This document shows, piece after piece, positions 43,245-56,721 of a stretch of DNA of 64,000 nt. This DNA comes from Chrysomallon squamiferum (taxonomy: Eukaryota; Animalia; Mollusca), in assembly GCA_012295275.1 (NCBI GenBank), contig CM022674.1, forward strand, positions 1,178,001 to 1,242,000, in the 5' to 3' direction. Numbering within the stretch: position 1 is the first letter of the stretch; every line of letters starts with the position of its first letter. The translations under genes and the position numbers were made by a program. The notes beneath the pieces are model-generated. The model saw only the letters and a list, made by a program, of their open reading frames with translations, was not told the DNA's origin and made no database searches.

Positions 43245-44400
43245 CTTCTTCATCATCATAATCTTCTTTTTTTCTTCTTCATTATCATATTTTTCTTCTT
43301 CATTATCATAATCGTTTTCTTCTTCTTCATTATCATAATCTTTTTCTTCTTCATTATCATAATCTTTTTCTTCTTCTTCATTATCATATTTTTCTTCTTC
43401 ATTATCATAATCTTCTTTTTCTTCTTCATTATCATAATCTTTTTCTTCTTCATTATCATAATCTTTTTCTTCTTCTTCATTATCATAATCTTCTTTTTCT
43501 TCTTCATTATCATAATCTTTTTCTTCTTCATTATCATAATCTTTTTCTTCTTCTTCATTATCATAATCTTCTATTTCTTCTTCACTATCATAATCTTCGT
43601 TTTCTTCTTCTTCATTACCATAATCGTTTTCTCCTTTTTCTTTTCATTACCATAATTTTTTCTTCTTCTTCATTATCATAATCTTTTTCTTCTTCTTCAT
43701 TATCATAATCTTCTATTTCTTCTTCACTATCATAATCTTCTTTTTCTTCTTCTTCATTATCATAATCTTCTTTTTTCTTCTTCATTATCATAATCTTCTT
43801 TTCTTCTTCATTATCATAATCTTTTTCTTCTTCTTCATTACCATAATCTTCTTTTTCTTCTTCTTCATTATCATAATCTTCTTTTTTCTTCTTCATTATC
43901 ATAATCTTCTTTTCTTCTTCATTACCATAATCTTCTTTTCTTCTTCATTACCATAATCGTTTTCTTCTTCATTATCATAATCTTCTTTTTTCTTCTTCAT
44001 TATCATAATCTTCTTTTCTTCTTCATTACCATAATCGTTTTCTTCTTCATTATCATAATCTTCTTTTTTCTTCTTCATTATCATAATCTTCTTTTCTTCT
44101 TCATTACCATAATCTTTTTCTTCTTCATTATCATAATCTTCTTTTTCTTCTTCATTACCATAATCGTTTTCTCCTTTTTCTTCTTCATTACCATAATCTT
44201 TTTCTTCTTTTTCTTCTTCATTATCATAATCTTCTTTTTTCTTCTTCATTATCATAATCTTTTTCTTCTTCTTCATTACCATAATCTCCATTTTCTTCTT
44301 CTTCTTTTTCGTATATTTTTTCTTCTTTATTATTATACTCTTCTTTTTTCTTCTTCATTACCATAATCTTTTTCTTCTTCTTCTTCATTATTATGATCAT
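43245..44400. repeat. Pyrimidine-rich minisatellite, ~24-30 bp (TTCTTCTTCATTATCATAATCTTT)
   Basis: Directly visible; variable T-run lengths shift the frame, so non-coding. Confidence 0.93.
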
Positions 44401-44787
44401 CTTTTTTCTTCCTAATTATCGTAAGCTTCTTTTTCTTCATTTTCTTCGTCGTCTTCTTCTTGGAGCAGTCATTATGCTGCATTCGTTTGGTTTTTGCTGT
44501 TTCGTTATTTGTTTAAAAAAAAAAAATTAACTTTTTATTTGATTTAAGTTCGAAAATAGTCGATCGCGATCAACATTAATTAGCTAGAAATAGCAGGTCA
44601 GAGTAATCGACTGCTCTCTTGACTTTCTATAAACAGATTAAAAGCCAGAAGGTGAGAAAAAAAAAAGGAAACAAGAAAGACAGAGAGAGAAAATGGAAAA
44701 TGAGGTAGATTTTTTTTTTTCTGTTTTTATTTATACTTGTATTTATTTTATTTTATTCTATTCTATTCTATCCTATTTCCGTATTGA

Positions 44788-44901
<114 letters not shown>

Positions 44902-44902
44902 G

Positions 44903-44951
<49 letters not shown>

Positions 44952-46479
44952 CCTTTTCTGTTCTTGTTCTTCTGTTCTGAGATGCTGAATCTAAGAAATC
45001 AAAGATCAGTATAAATTCGTAACCTAATAACAAACTCATTTTAATCCATCAAGAAGAAAAAGAAAGCAAAGTTAAAATTTAAATGTATAAATATTTAAGC
45101 ATTATAAAAATATGTTGCTATCTACATATAAATAGACTGTTCCGAGAGAAAGATTATAAAGAAAGACAGAGAGATAAATAAGCCATAAATAAGTAAGTTA
45201 CTAAATAAATGAGTAACTTTTTTAAAAGGCAACTAAGTAAACAAGAAAAATAAATAAGCAAGTAAATAAGAAAGTCAGTAAATTAATAAGTAAATAAATA
45301 AATGCAGTTTTAATTCATTTTATTTCGTCTACAAAGTTTTATACACAATTACTCCCAGCTGCTTTTGAAACCAGTCACATTGCCTTTTCTTTTTTTATCA
45401 AATAGATTCCAAAGACGTCGTAAAATAGCGTGAACGCAAATATAACGTCCGAGTTACGACTGTTTGGCAAAAGTGTCGTAGCCTTGTCGTAACGATGTCG
45501 TAATAAAGGGAATCGACGCGTGACTGTTTTGTTTACTAAAGTGAAATTTACGTTTCGTGCATAATTTGAATTTAGAATCTGAAAAACAAACTAGCAAATA
45601 ATATGTATTTATTTATATGCATTTTGTTAAATACATTATATTTTATTGCAGAAATTTGTTGTTTTCATGTAACAGTTAAGAACATTATTTACATCGTCAT
45701 CTTTTTCGTGTATAGTATTTTGTTCTGTGTTGTGCTTGAATAAATATTTTGTAAATGCTGGTATTTTAATATTATTACCTTGTTCCTGTTGCATTAAATC
45801 TGATATAGATTAAAAAATAATAACAATAAATAAACAAATAAATAAATAAATATTAATAATAATAATAATAACAATAATATATATATACATAATTTTTTTT
45901 TTTTTTTTGGTATTATTATTTTCTATTTTCATAATAATATTAATTTTTTCCTTTTATTTTTATTTTTTTGATGTTCATTTTTTATTGATGACGTCATGAT
46001 TACATCACAACAGACACTAGAGGAAATCAGACAAAGGGAACTAAAAGGAATTTTATGTCTATTGTTTTTATTATTTTTTTTATTATTATTTTTTTTTTAA
46101 TTGTTTTTCTAGGAACAAATACAAAATCATTTACTCCTGTCATTTTTTTTATTTCTCCACCTTCTGAATGGAGATGCTTATAATGCAGAGTATGATACTT
46201 TGCAGCTTCTCCATGTAATATTTTTTGAGAAAACACGTGACTGTTTTGTTTGAAATCACTGTTGAGTGACCGTAAATAAACGACAAGAGCGAGAAGACAA
46301 GAAAAGTAAATTAATAATAATGATTATATTTGAAAATGTTTTTAATCATATACATTTTTTTATTTATTTACTTTTTTTCTTAATTCTTTTCAAAATAATA
46401 AAAAGACGAGAAAAAGAGTAACATGATTAAAGGAAGAGAAATATATTCATATGTATAAACACAACAGTATGAAGCCCCT

Positions 46480-46589
46480 ACACACACACAGACACACAGA
46501 CACACACATACATACATACATACATACATACATACATACATACACACACACATACATACATACATACATACATACATACACACATACAT

Positions 46590-46620
<31 letters not shown>

Positions 46621-46643
46621 TACATACATACATACATACACAC

Positions 46644-46676
<33 letters not shown>

Positions 46677-46956
46677 TACATACATACACACACATACATA
46701 CATACATACATACATACACACACACACATACATACATACATACATACATACACACATACATACATACATACATACATACACACATACATACATACATACA
46801 TACACACACACATACATACATACATACATACATACATACATACATACACACATACATACATACATACACACACACATACATACATACATACACACATACA
46901 TACATACACACACATACATACACACACACACATACATACATACACACACACATACA

Positions 46957-46992
<36 letters not shown>

Positions 46993-47007
46993 TACATACA
47001 TACATAC
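46480..47007. repeat. (TACA)n/(CA)n compound microsatellite
   Basis: Directly visible. Confidence 0.95.
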
Positions 47008-47246
47008 GTAAAATTAATGTATGTGGCGTCATTATCTAAATACTGTATATATCCTTTATATTTTACACAAATATATTTTATAGATAGTGATAGAATTTAA
47101 TATATATGGCGTCATTAATTAAATATATGATATCTCATAGAAGATGACAGCATTTCATTATGTGTTAAATAAATATTTGATAAACAACCTTGTAGTCGAC
47201 GGTTCAAAATAAATGACTGACATCGCGAGGTGTCTTAAACAAATAA

Positions 47247-47285
<39 letters not shown>

Positions 47286-48163
47286 ATATACATTCTGTAC
47301 GACACAGTAATTTTTTCATTTGTTGTTATTTATTTATTTTTTTTTACTTTAATTTCGTAACAGACGCCAACAATTTAATCAATACAATATTGAATGACAT
47401 TAGTATTTCAGCCAGAAACCCAAAAAAAAAAAAAAAAAAAAAATAAAAAATTTAAAAACTACAAAAAGAAACTACAGAATAACTGACAGACATTGCCTAT
47501 TACCACCATTTTGGAAGACGTATGAAAGAGAAAAGAGAAAGACCAAGAGACGGTGGGGGGATGAAGTAGATGGGTGGCGGAAACGAACCGTCTGGCAGAG
47601 CACTGCGCATGACAGGAAGTCGTGGAAACAGAAATGTAAGGTTTCCCCCATAATAACTGGATGGTCACTATGATGATGATGATGATGAAGATGATGATGA
47701 TGGTGATGATCATGATTATGATGGTGATGATGATCATGATTATGATGGTTATGATGGTAATGATGATGATGATGGTTATGATGGTTATGATGGTAATGAT
47801 GATGATGATGATGATGATGATCACGATGACGACAGACATGTAATAAAAATATTAACTGACATTTTTGGACAGCTGGACGTTTTTTTGTTTGTTTGTTTGT
47901 TTGTTTTTGTTTGTTTTTTTTTTTTTTTTAAATCGATATTATTAATAGTAGTAGTACGACGGCAAAATGTGTATGTATGTTTGGATCAGTATTATTATTA
48001 CAACAACAGTTGTACTATTTTTATTTCAATCAGCTAGATTTAGAAAATAACTAGTCATTCTGTGGTAAAGCCTATTATTTAAATTACGGACTGTTAATTA
48101 CAATTTTATATTAAAAAAAAAAAAACAAAAATTAAAAGTAAACAAAATAATAGTTTTTATATT

Positions 48164-48233
48164 GTCGCAACAGAGAATTGAACCCAGGATCTTCGGTTAC
48201 AAGACCGACGTCTTACAATTTAGTCAGCGAGGC
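48164..48233 (-). pseudogene. tRNA-Thr(UGU)-like pseudogene or tRNA-derived SINE head
   Basis: Minus strand: GCCTCGCTGACTAAATTGTAAGACG TCGGT CTTGTA ACCGA AGATC CTGGGTTCAATTCTCTG. Anticodon stem and B-box are recognisable; the loop is 1 nt short and the acceptor stem does not pair. Confidence 0.6.
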
Positions 48234-48820
48234 TATTATTCTTCGTTTTTTTTTTTTTTTCTCCACCAAACTCATCTTAAACAATAATATAAATTAGAAA
48301 TAAAAGCGTTTATTAAATTATTTCTTCAATAATGTCACCCAGCGTTTAGTATCAATCGTTATATGATGCTTAAAAAAAAGGTCGTAAAAGGAAATCAATT
48401 TTAAGCACATTATGTACAAATGTTATCCATTATCAGCACAAAGATTTCTTCCGTGTAGAGATAGGAGAATACACAGAGGTTTTGATAAACCAGCTTAATA
48501 TATTATTGTGTGTGTATGTGTTTGTGTGTGCGAGTAAGATTGGTTACCTTAAATGTGTATCTGTGTTTATATATGTATGTATATGTTTGTGAGTGTGTGT
48601 GTGTATGCGTGTGTGTAATATTAAATGAATATGCACTTGCAAATATATGTTTAAATTCAGATATATGAATAATGCTAGAACGCACGAACACATACGCACA
48701 AAAGAATTAATTCCAGTGAATTTTATATTCTTTTATTTAACAAATATTTATGTTTTTTCATTAAATCTAGATAAACTAAATTCGTATTTCAGTGACAGTG
48801 TGTTACCTTTATGCAACATT

Positions 48821-48891
<71 letters not shown>

Positions 48892-49507
48892 CATGATGAT
48901 AACATTACAATTTGAAAAAATAAAATAAAATAAAATAGATAAATAAATAAAGTAAATAAACAAATAAATAAACAAATAATTATTTAAATAAATAAATCAA
49001 TAAAATAATAAACAAACAAAACAAATAAATAAATAAATGACTTTATGTACATACATCACCATCATATTACATTTCAGATCGTTTTTATCAACATTAAATT
49101 TAATCTAGGCTTTATAAAGGTATGAAAATACCAGTCATATTCTGATGAATTTCTAGCAGTCACAAATGTACAGTATAAACAAACAAAGAAATAAACAAAA
49201 CAATATTCTCATGACATCAACAGTCCATGGTTCATTCCATCTCGTTTTTGTTCAGTATTTTCATTTCATACATTTAACTGAATGTACGTACGTGACAAAG
49301 CAGTAATATTACTGATAGAAAAAAGTTAATTTTTTTTTTATTATAATTTTAACATCATTTTTAATTAAGAAATCATTTTTTATTGCTGTCATAAATAATA
49401 ATAATAATAATAATAATAATTATAATAATAATAATAATAATTATAATACTAATAATAATAACAGCAACAACAACAACAATAACAACAGTTTGGGGAAAAT
49501 ATCACTG

Positions 49508-49819
49508 TTACGTCATTCAAAACAAATTCATTAATTTAATACAGCATTCTGACGTCATTTGTAATAACTAGATTAAGATTCGAACATATGACGTCATTTA
49601 TAATAAAAATAATAAAATGAACGTGACGTCATTTATAATAACAAAATTTTATAACAATTGTGACGTCATTTGTAATAAATAGTACATTAATGACAGTAAA
49701 TACAATCCGAATATCACTATTACGTCATTCTTAATAAATGTAACTTCATCATACAGACATTCAATATGTCCTCATTGTAACAATAGAAGCATCAAACTGA
49801 TAATATCACAATTACGTCA
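49508..49819. promoter_or_regulatory. Cluster of CRE/ATF-type motifs
   Basis: TGACGTCA at 49550, 49589, 49624, 49661; TTACGTCA at 49508, 49720, 49812. Confidence 0.45.
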
Positions 49820-50302
49820 GTCGTAACCAAATTCAACGACAGTCATTAGTAAGTAAATACTAACAGTAATACCCCAGTTCAAATGGTTTATTCTTAAGTC
49901 TAAAAAATAAAAGGATAATATCAAATATAACTGAATTTAAATATAACTGAATTTCATGAAAGATAAATAAAGATAATGTTTGTTCTTTTTTGGTTTGTTT
50001 GTTTTAGTTTTTAATATAGTTATTTTTATTTCTTTTTTTTCTGTCACTTTTTAAAATTTATTTATTTATGTATTTATTTATTTATTTATTTGTTTATTTG
50101 TTTGTTTATTAGTTTATTTATATTTTCAGACTGAAACTGAAATACATCTGATCCATCTATATAAGAACTCAAATGAATTTTTTTTTTTACAAATCTTTAG
50201 CTATATACATATTTAAAAAATTAAAAATAAAATAATGTCGAAATGGCGAAAAGTATTTAAATAATCTGTCGAACTTTGTATATCTTTCGCAGAAAGGGTT
50301 AA

Positions 50303-50341
<39 letters not shown>

Positions 50342-50399
50342 ATCAAATAAATAAATAAAATAAAAATAAAATAAAATAAAATAACGATTTCTAGTTCCG

Positions 50400-51491
50400 C
50401 TACGTCATTCGCAGTAAGGCAGTCTGGGATCGTTCGGAGTCCGTGAATATAACGCCACTTGTGATTGGCTGTTTCACCTCGGACTTAGGCACTATACGCA
50501 GGAGACACATGAGCGTGAGGCGGAAGTCTCGACTCATTGCGCAGTACAGGACGAAGTTGACGCCGCTGTTGATGAGCGCGACCATGTCCATGAGGTCGCC
50601 CAGAGGAATGTAAACACAGTCGAAAAACCCGCGCGACGTCACGCTCAGAATGATGAGAATACCCTGCGGGAACTCCGTCACCAGAAACAGAACGATTACT
50701 ATGAGCAACATCCGGGTGGTTCGCGAGTTGTCCTGCGGTCGCGACTGGCCTCCGGACGAACACGACAGACGTCTGCGTTTCAGCTTCAGCTTCAACGTCC
50801 ACACCAGCAGGCCGCCGTAGATGACCATCAGGATGCACGGCAGCAGTTTGGCGAGGACGCTGTAGATCCAGAGGTTGACGTACACGACGGTTTCCATCTC
50901 CGGGGTGCCGATCTTCATGTCGGCCACGCTGTAGTAGGTGTGGTTGCTCTTGTCCGTCCGGCTGACCAGCTTGTTGGTCAGGTAGTTGGGGATCATGCCG
51001 ACCACGGACAGGACCGTGATGGCCACGATGGCGAGCCGCGCCCTCACGAGGCGGCGGATGCGAGTTATCGCCCCTGACGCCGGCGAGTAGATGTGCTTGT
51101 AGCGGACGATGGCCAGCGTGACTCCCAGCCAGATCGACACCGTGTGCGTCGTCGACGAGAAGTTGATGTGGAACAGCATGAACGTCATCCAGCCGAGCCC
51201 GTTCCGCGCGGGCGTCTCCTCCCACGGCGAGTGCGTGCAGTAGAAGTGCGTGGCGAACGGGACGTACGACGTCATCGTCAGCATGTCGGACACGGCCAGC
51301 CACGTGAGGATGCAGTTGATGGGCGTGCGCATGTGCTTCTGCGTCAGCACGGTGACGTTGATGAGGTTCATGGGGATCCCGAAGAGGCAGATCATCAGGC
51401 TGAGGTAGCCGTGCACGCCGCCGTACCAGAACTGGAACTTCGACAGGATCTCGTTTCGGTAAGGCTCGTAGAAGCTCGTGTTGGTTGTCAT
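50400..51491 (-). CDS. DmsR-like: Class A neuropeptide GPCR, myosuppressin receptor (DmsR/dmsr-1)-like, 363 aa, intronless CDS
   Basis: Seven hydrophobic segments. Family-type motifs YxxxHGYLSL, LAVSDML, HTVSIWLGVTLAIVRY, KLLPCIL, RTTRMLL..LFLVTEFPQG, MD..ALINS.VNFVLYCAMS..FR. Kozak ACCATG with an upstream in-frame stop. Confidence 0.93.
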   Translation of the reverse strand: MTTNTSFYEPYRNEILSKFQFWYGGVHGYLSLMICLFGIPMNLINVTVLTQKHMRTPINCILTWLAVSDMLTMTSYVPFATHFYCTHSPWEETPARNGLGWMTFMLFHINFSSTTHTVSIWLGVTLAIVRYKHIYSPASGAITRIRRLVRARLAIVAITVLSVVGMIPNYLTNKLVSRTDKSNHTYYSVADMKIGTPEMETVVYVNLWIYSVLAKLLPCILMVIYGGLLVWTLKLKLKRRRLSCSSGGQSRPQDNSRTTRMLLIVIVLFLVTEFPQGILIILSVTSRGFFDCVYIPLGDLMDMVALINSGVNFVLYCAMSRDFRLTLMCLLRIVPKSEVKQPITSGVIFTDSERSQTALLRMT

Positions 51492-52112
51492 GGTGATTGG
51501 AGACAGAGATAGCGTGTTGATGAGACAAGTCGTTTATACGAATCCTTCCTCTTTCGTTTTGCTCTTCATTTTTGATTAAGAAGTTTTTTTTTTTTGAACG
51601 TTTGGTTTGTGTTTTCGTTGTTCTATTGGTTGTTGTTTTTGTTTTAGTTTTTGGGGGGTTTATTGGGTTGTTTTTGTTTTTGAGTGGTTTTGTTGTTGTT
51701 GTTTTTTTTTTATTTATTTTTGGATTTGTCTCTCTTCTGTCAATATTATTACTACAAATCTCACAGCTGCAAGCAAAACAAACAAATTCAATGTCTGAAC
51801 AACAAAAATATTTCGAAATTTTCTTCGCTGTCGCTATTTTAACTTCAGCAAAGGCACGTGCAAACAATGGTTTCCGTGACAACGAAACATCGACACGCAG
51901 CGTGACGTGGCGTTTTGCTGTCTGATAATCACGCTTCTTCCGTTGTGACACAGAAACAGATCAACGTGACGCAAATAATTGCTTGTTTGCTGGCGTTAAA
52001 CTCTGGCGTGGTTTTACACTGACGTCCTGTATTTTATTTTTTTTATTTTTCTTATTGTTCAGCGGCGTCATTTGACATCAACAGCAACAGCAGCAGCATC
52101 ATGAATGACTGA
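51492..52112 (-). other. Probable 5' UTR part of the GPCR coding exon
   Basis: Strong acceptor ttatttttctcttttcag| at 52114-52113 on -; contains two short ATG uORFs. Confidence 0.5.
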
Positions 52113-54013
52113 CTGAAAAGAGAAAAATAACTTTGTTTTATATTAAGCATCGTACCAAGAAACAACAATATATATGTGTGTGTGTAGATGACGTAATAAC
52201 AACTACTACAACAACAAAAAATAATAATAATAGTGAAGCAGTAACAGTAGTAGTAGTAATCATGATGGCATCGATAACATCAAGCATGACAGTGATGCCT
52301 GCACGATAATGAGTGAGAAACAGATACAGCTACAGTTCAACAGTTAAATACAAAGACACGTAAAAACGTACGCACTCTCACACACGTACCGAAAAAAAAA
52401 AAAATTCTAGCGCAAACACTGAACCCACAACAAACTTGAACAGTTCACAAGTTAATACACGCTAAAACTGCCCTTGTCGCTCGCCAAATGCGTTGCAGTT
52501 CTTCAGTAATACGCGAAAGAGCTTTTAAAAAAATAAAAAATAAATAAATAAAATGACAAGCGCAAGACGGATGAACACAGTTGTTTTATATTCTCTCTGC
52601 GCGGCTCGCTAGGAGGACTGCCACTCTGGCGGGTTTTTCTGGCCTGACAGACTGAAACGTATTCAAGTCTTGACCGCACCAGTCACCTCGCCAAATCGAA
52701 AACTCACGTCTGGCTAATAAGGAATGTTTTTTTTTTTTTTTTTTTTTTAAAAAGTCGGCGTTTTAGAAATTCTCTCTTCGTTTCATTAAACAAAATCGCT
52801 TACTCCATACAATTTAAATAATTCATTTTCTGACGTTATGTGTTTAAAAAAAAAAAAAAAAAAAAAGAAATTTTTTTTTATCATTTTTGTAAATTTAAAA
52901 TAATTGCTTTTAAAAAAATATAATATAGCGTTCAGTTGAGGCGTATACTATCTTAGCGGCTAGAGTTTTTTTTATGGACTTCATGTCAGTCTGTTATGAC
53001 ATCATCAATCTTCTTCCAGACTTTGGTGATGCAGAAAATGAAGTTTAAAGGAAAATCCCGAGAGAGGCAAAGAAATATCTTTTCAAACATTTGCGAGCGA
53101 TGATTTGTTTGTTTATTTGTTTGTTTTATTTGAAAATCAATCTTTCATAACAATAAATTACTGCAGCAATACACAAAAACCTGTCAGCGATAATCGGTTG
53201 GCCATTTTCCGTTTGAAATTGAAATCATTTCTCGAAAAATAAAACTGTTTATACTTTTTTTTTTTCTTTTTTTTTTATTGTTGTTTTTTAAAAAGAGAGA
53301 GAAAAGTAATACTAAATTAATAGTAGCGTAATTATAAAGTCAAAAATAAATAAATAAATAAATAAATAAATAAGCAAATAAATAAAACAGATAAACAAAC
53401 AAACTAATAAATAAAAACAAAATATAAACCAATAAATTACTAACATAAGAAACAAAAAAAAAATAAAAATAAGTAAATAAGTAAAATAAATAAATAAATA
53501 AATAAGACAGATAAACAAACAAATAAACAAATAAATAAGTAAATAATTAAGAATGGCAGTTGAGCGAAAAGACGTTAACTTTATTACCATATCACAAAAC
53601 AGAAACTGAAAATAACGATATCATCTGACCACAAGTTAATAAAAATTACAAAAATAAAATAAAATTATTTCTGGGTTGTGGGAGGCTGTGAGGTGTAACT
53701 GAAGGTAAATATGACACTGTACAACAGTAGATAGCAGACAATTAAATTACAGAACTTCATAACTGTCAAAACAGATAGGTGGGCGGGGAATTAAATCCCC
53801 CGAAAAAAAAACAATTCGTCGTGATCAAATGATCGTAGAATATTTTCTAGTTTATCAAATCAAAATCCGATTGTCGGGAAAACAATTACTGTAAGAATGA
53901 TAAAAACTAGTGATGCTAAAGGTTTTTTTTTAAAAAGTGAAAAATCTTTACAATTTAAATTAGATTTCTTTATAGAGTGATGTTTGCCAGAGGGTGAAAA
54001 TGAAGATGGTATT

Positions 54014-54050
<37 letters not shown>

Positions 54051-54169
54051 CGAAATCTACAACTGCAATAGTTTGGAAATTGTTCATTACGTTTATTTAT
54101 GAAGATCTAATTTTATTAATTACTGTTATTTGCCTTGTTTATTTATTTTTTTATTTGTTTCTTTGTTTG

Positions 54170-54211
<42 letters not shown>

Positions 54212-54215
54212 GTTC

Positions 54216-54252
<37 letters not shown>

Positions 54253-54543
54253 AATTATTATTATTATTTGTTTTTATTGTATGCCCTTTCTTTCCATTTA
54301 TTTAATGCTATAATTACTTTATATTTATATACATACATGTACACACGCACACACACACATACACACACACACATATAATACTCCTCACGCAACTATACAT
54401 GCGTATATAATATACATATATGCATGCCCTTCCATGTATACATGCATACAAACATACACAAATACATGCAGAAATATATACACACGCATACATATATATA
54501 TACGTAATAAATACATATATACATAATAAATACATATATACAT

Positions 54544-54593
<50 letters not shown>

Positions 54594-55102
54594 CTACAGA
54601 GAGACTGACATACATACATACAGACAGATAGACAAATAGAAAACACACACCAATATACATGCCCTATATTGCTTTTAGAAAACGATCAAATTATGTTTCA
54701 TTTTGTGTAACAAGCTGAACAATGATGACATCGGCAAACTCTCTGCTCAGGGATACTGACAGTGTTCATAATCATCAAACGTTATTTAAAATTACGTGAA
54801 AAAAAAAAAAAAAAAAAAAGCAGCAGCAACGAAAATATAATGATTAGATAATCAATAATAGAAGATAATAAAAAAGAAATAATAATAATAACAAAAAAGT
54901 GAGATCAATGTGGCTATTTTATTAATAAATGAGTTCTTGTATTACAGACGGAGATTGCTATTGTCATTTACATTAAGGAAATTAAATTTCGATTTTGTTC
55001 AAGTTAGCTCTGCAGCTTTTGTGGGACAATATTCGATATACTGTGACAACAGAAAGTAATCAAAAGTTCCCTCTGGTTGATGTTTCATATACACATTCCT
55101 TA

Positions 55103-55196
<94 letters not shown>

Positions 55197-56046
55197 TCCC
55201 CAAAACGATAGTACCACACTGGATCAAGGTCAAGGACAAACACAAGTACTGATGTTCGTGCTACGCTTAATTACACAGCACAAACAAACAAACAGACACC
55301 AGTCTACGAGTCGAAAGACTATGTACAAGTTAACGTGACGTAAACAACAGACTGCTCTCCACATCCAGGCTACGCTTCGTGAGACTACAGTAACAAAACC
55401 TACGCAGCGTAAACAAACACAACAAACACACGTAACGATATCCGCACCAAATCTTCAAAAGCAACGAGGTTAAAAGTTGAGACCGGAAAGCGATATCCAC
55501 GACCTGAGTGATCGAGACTTCTGAAAGCGTGACAGGTTCTTTGTTTAGATTGCGCTCGCTGCGAGAAACCAGTCCACGATAAACAGAACCGGTCTTTGTT
55601 GCGGAAAACAAGATACTGTAAGATCCGCTGCTTCTACTTGTCGAATCAAACCAAAAATACTCTAATGGACAAACTCAAGGTTAACCATCCAGATGAATGG
55701 GTGAAGAAGATTCAATTCATTAAACACAGGAAGCAGAGCAGTATCCAAGCACGTCTGCTGTGGCCACACGGTGTAAAAAGCGTCGGTGTCTTGTCATGAC
55801 TGTGTTAGAGTTTTTTGTTACTAAATGGTTGAATCAGAATGTATCACGTACACACTGGGCACTGGTACACGGTGAAGAGAAGAGAAGTTGTATAGTTAAT
55901 GGAGTTGTGGTATAAAATCTTTGTTTAATAGGATTGGCTACTGACGACAAATTATTAATACTTTTTTTTGTGTCAAAATGTATACATAACGGATATATAA
56001 CTATTTTATTATTTTTATCATCATCAATCATCATCATCATCATTAT

Positions 56047-56254
<208 letters not shown>

Positions 56255-56684
56255 TTCCTGTGTGCAAGCCGAACGTCTAATTTCCTCTTTCCTCTTTGTT
56301 TTATGAATTTTTGAGGCTCAAACCTTTCATAACAATAAAGTTTAACAATGATGTAACAAGCCCAAAGTCCAACCTGATTGTTTATTTGAAAGTGGTGTTT
56401 TAACTGCAGCTGAGCTATGCCTCTAATCATCTGACGATTGAGTGACTGTAGGACTTAATTTAAGAGCCAACAGATTAGAGAAACATGTCAAGATATCTCG
56501 CCACAGTTTCATCCAGTCAGTAAGTTTGTATAGGCGTTCATGCACACGTAGAATATATTTCTTTTCATTTTATTATTTTTTATTTATATGTATTATTATT
56601 TGATGAGGTGGAATGTTTGTATAAAGAAGAAGAAGAAAAATACATTTATTCTGACAAATGGATGATATAATCGTAGAATATATT

Positions 56685-56721
<37 letters not shown>

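Noticed and set aside
43062-44291. Acidic (DYDNEEEK)n and poly-F/I ORFs
   Set aside because: Minisatellite with variable unit lengths that break the frame
46380-47032. (MYVC)n/(HTYI)n and poly-I/L/Y/S ORFs throughout the window
   Set aside because: Microsatellite translations
50485-51951. 488-aa ORF overlapping the GPCR on the same strand
   Set aside because: GTG start, R/H/A/P-rich composition, runs through low-complexity UTR; expected shadow of the high GC3
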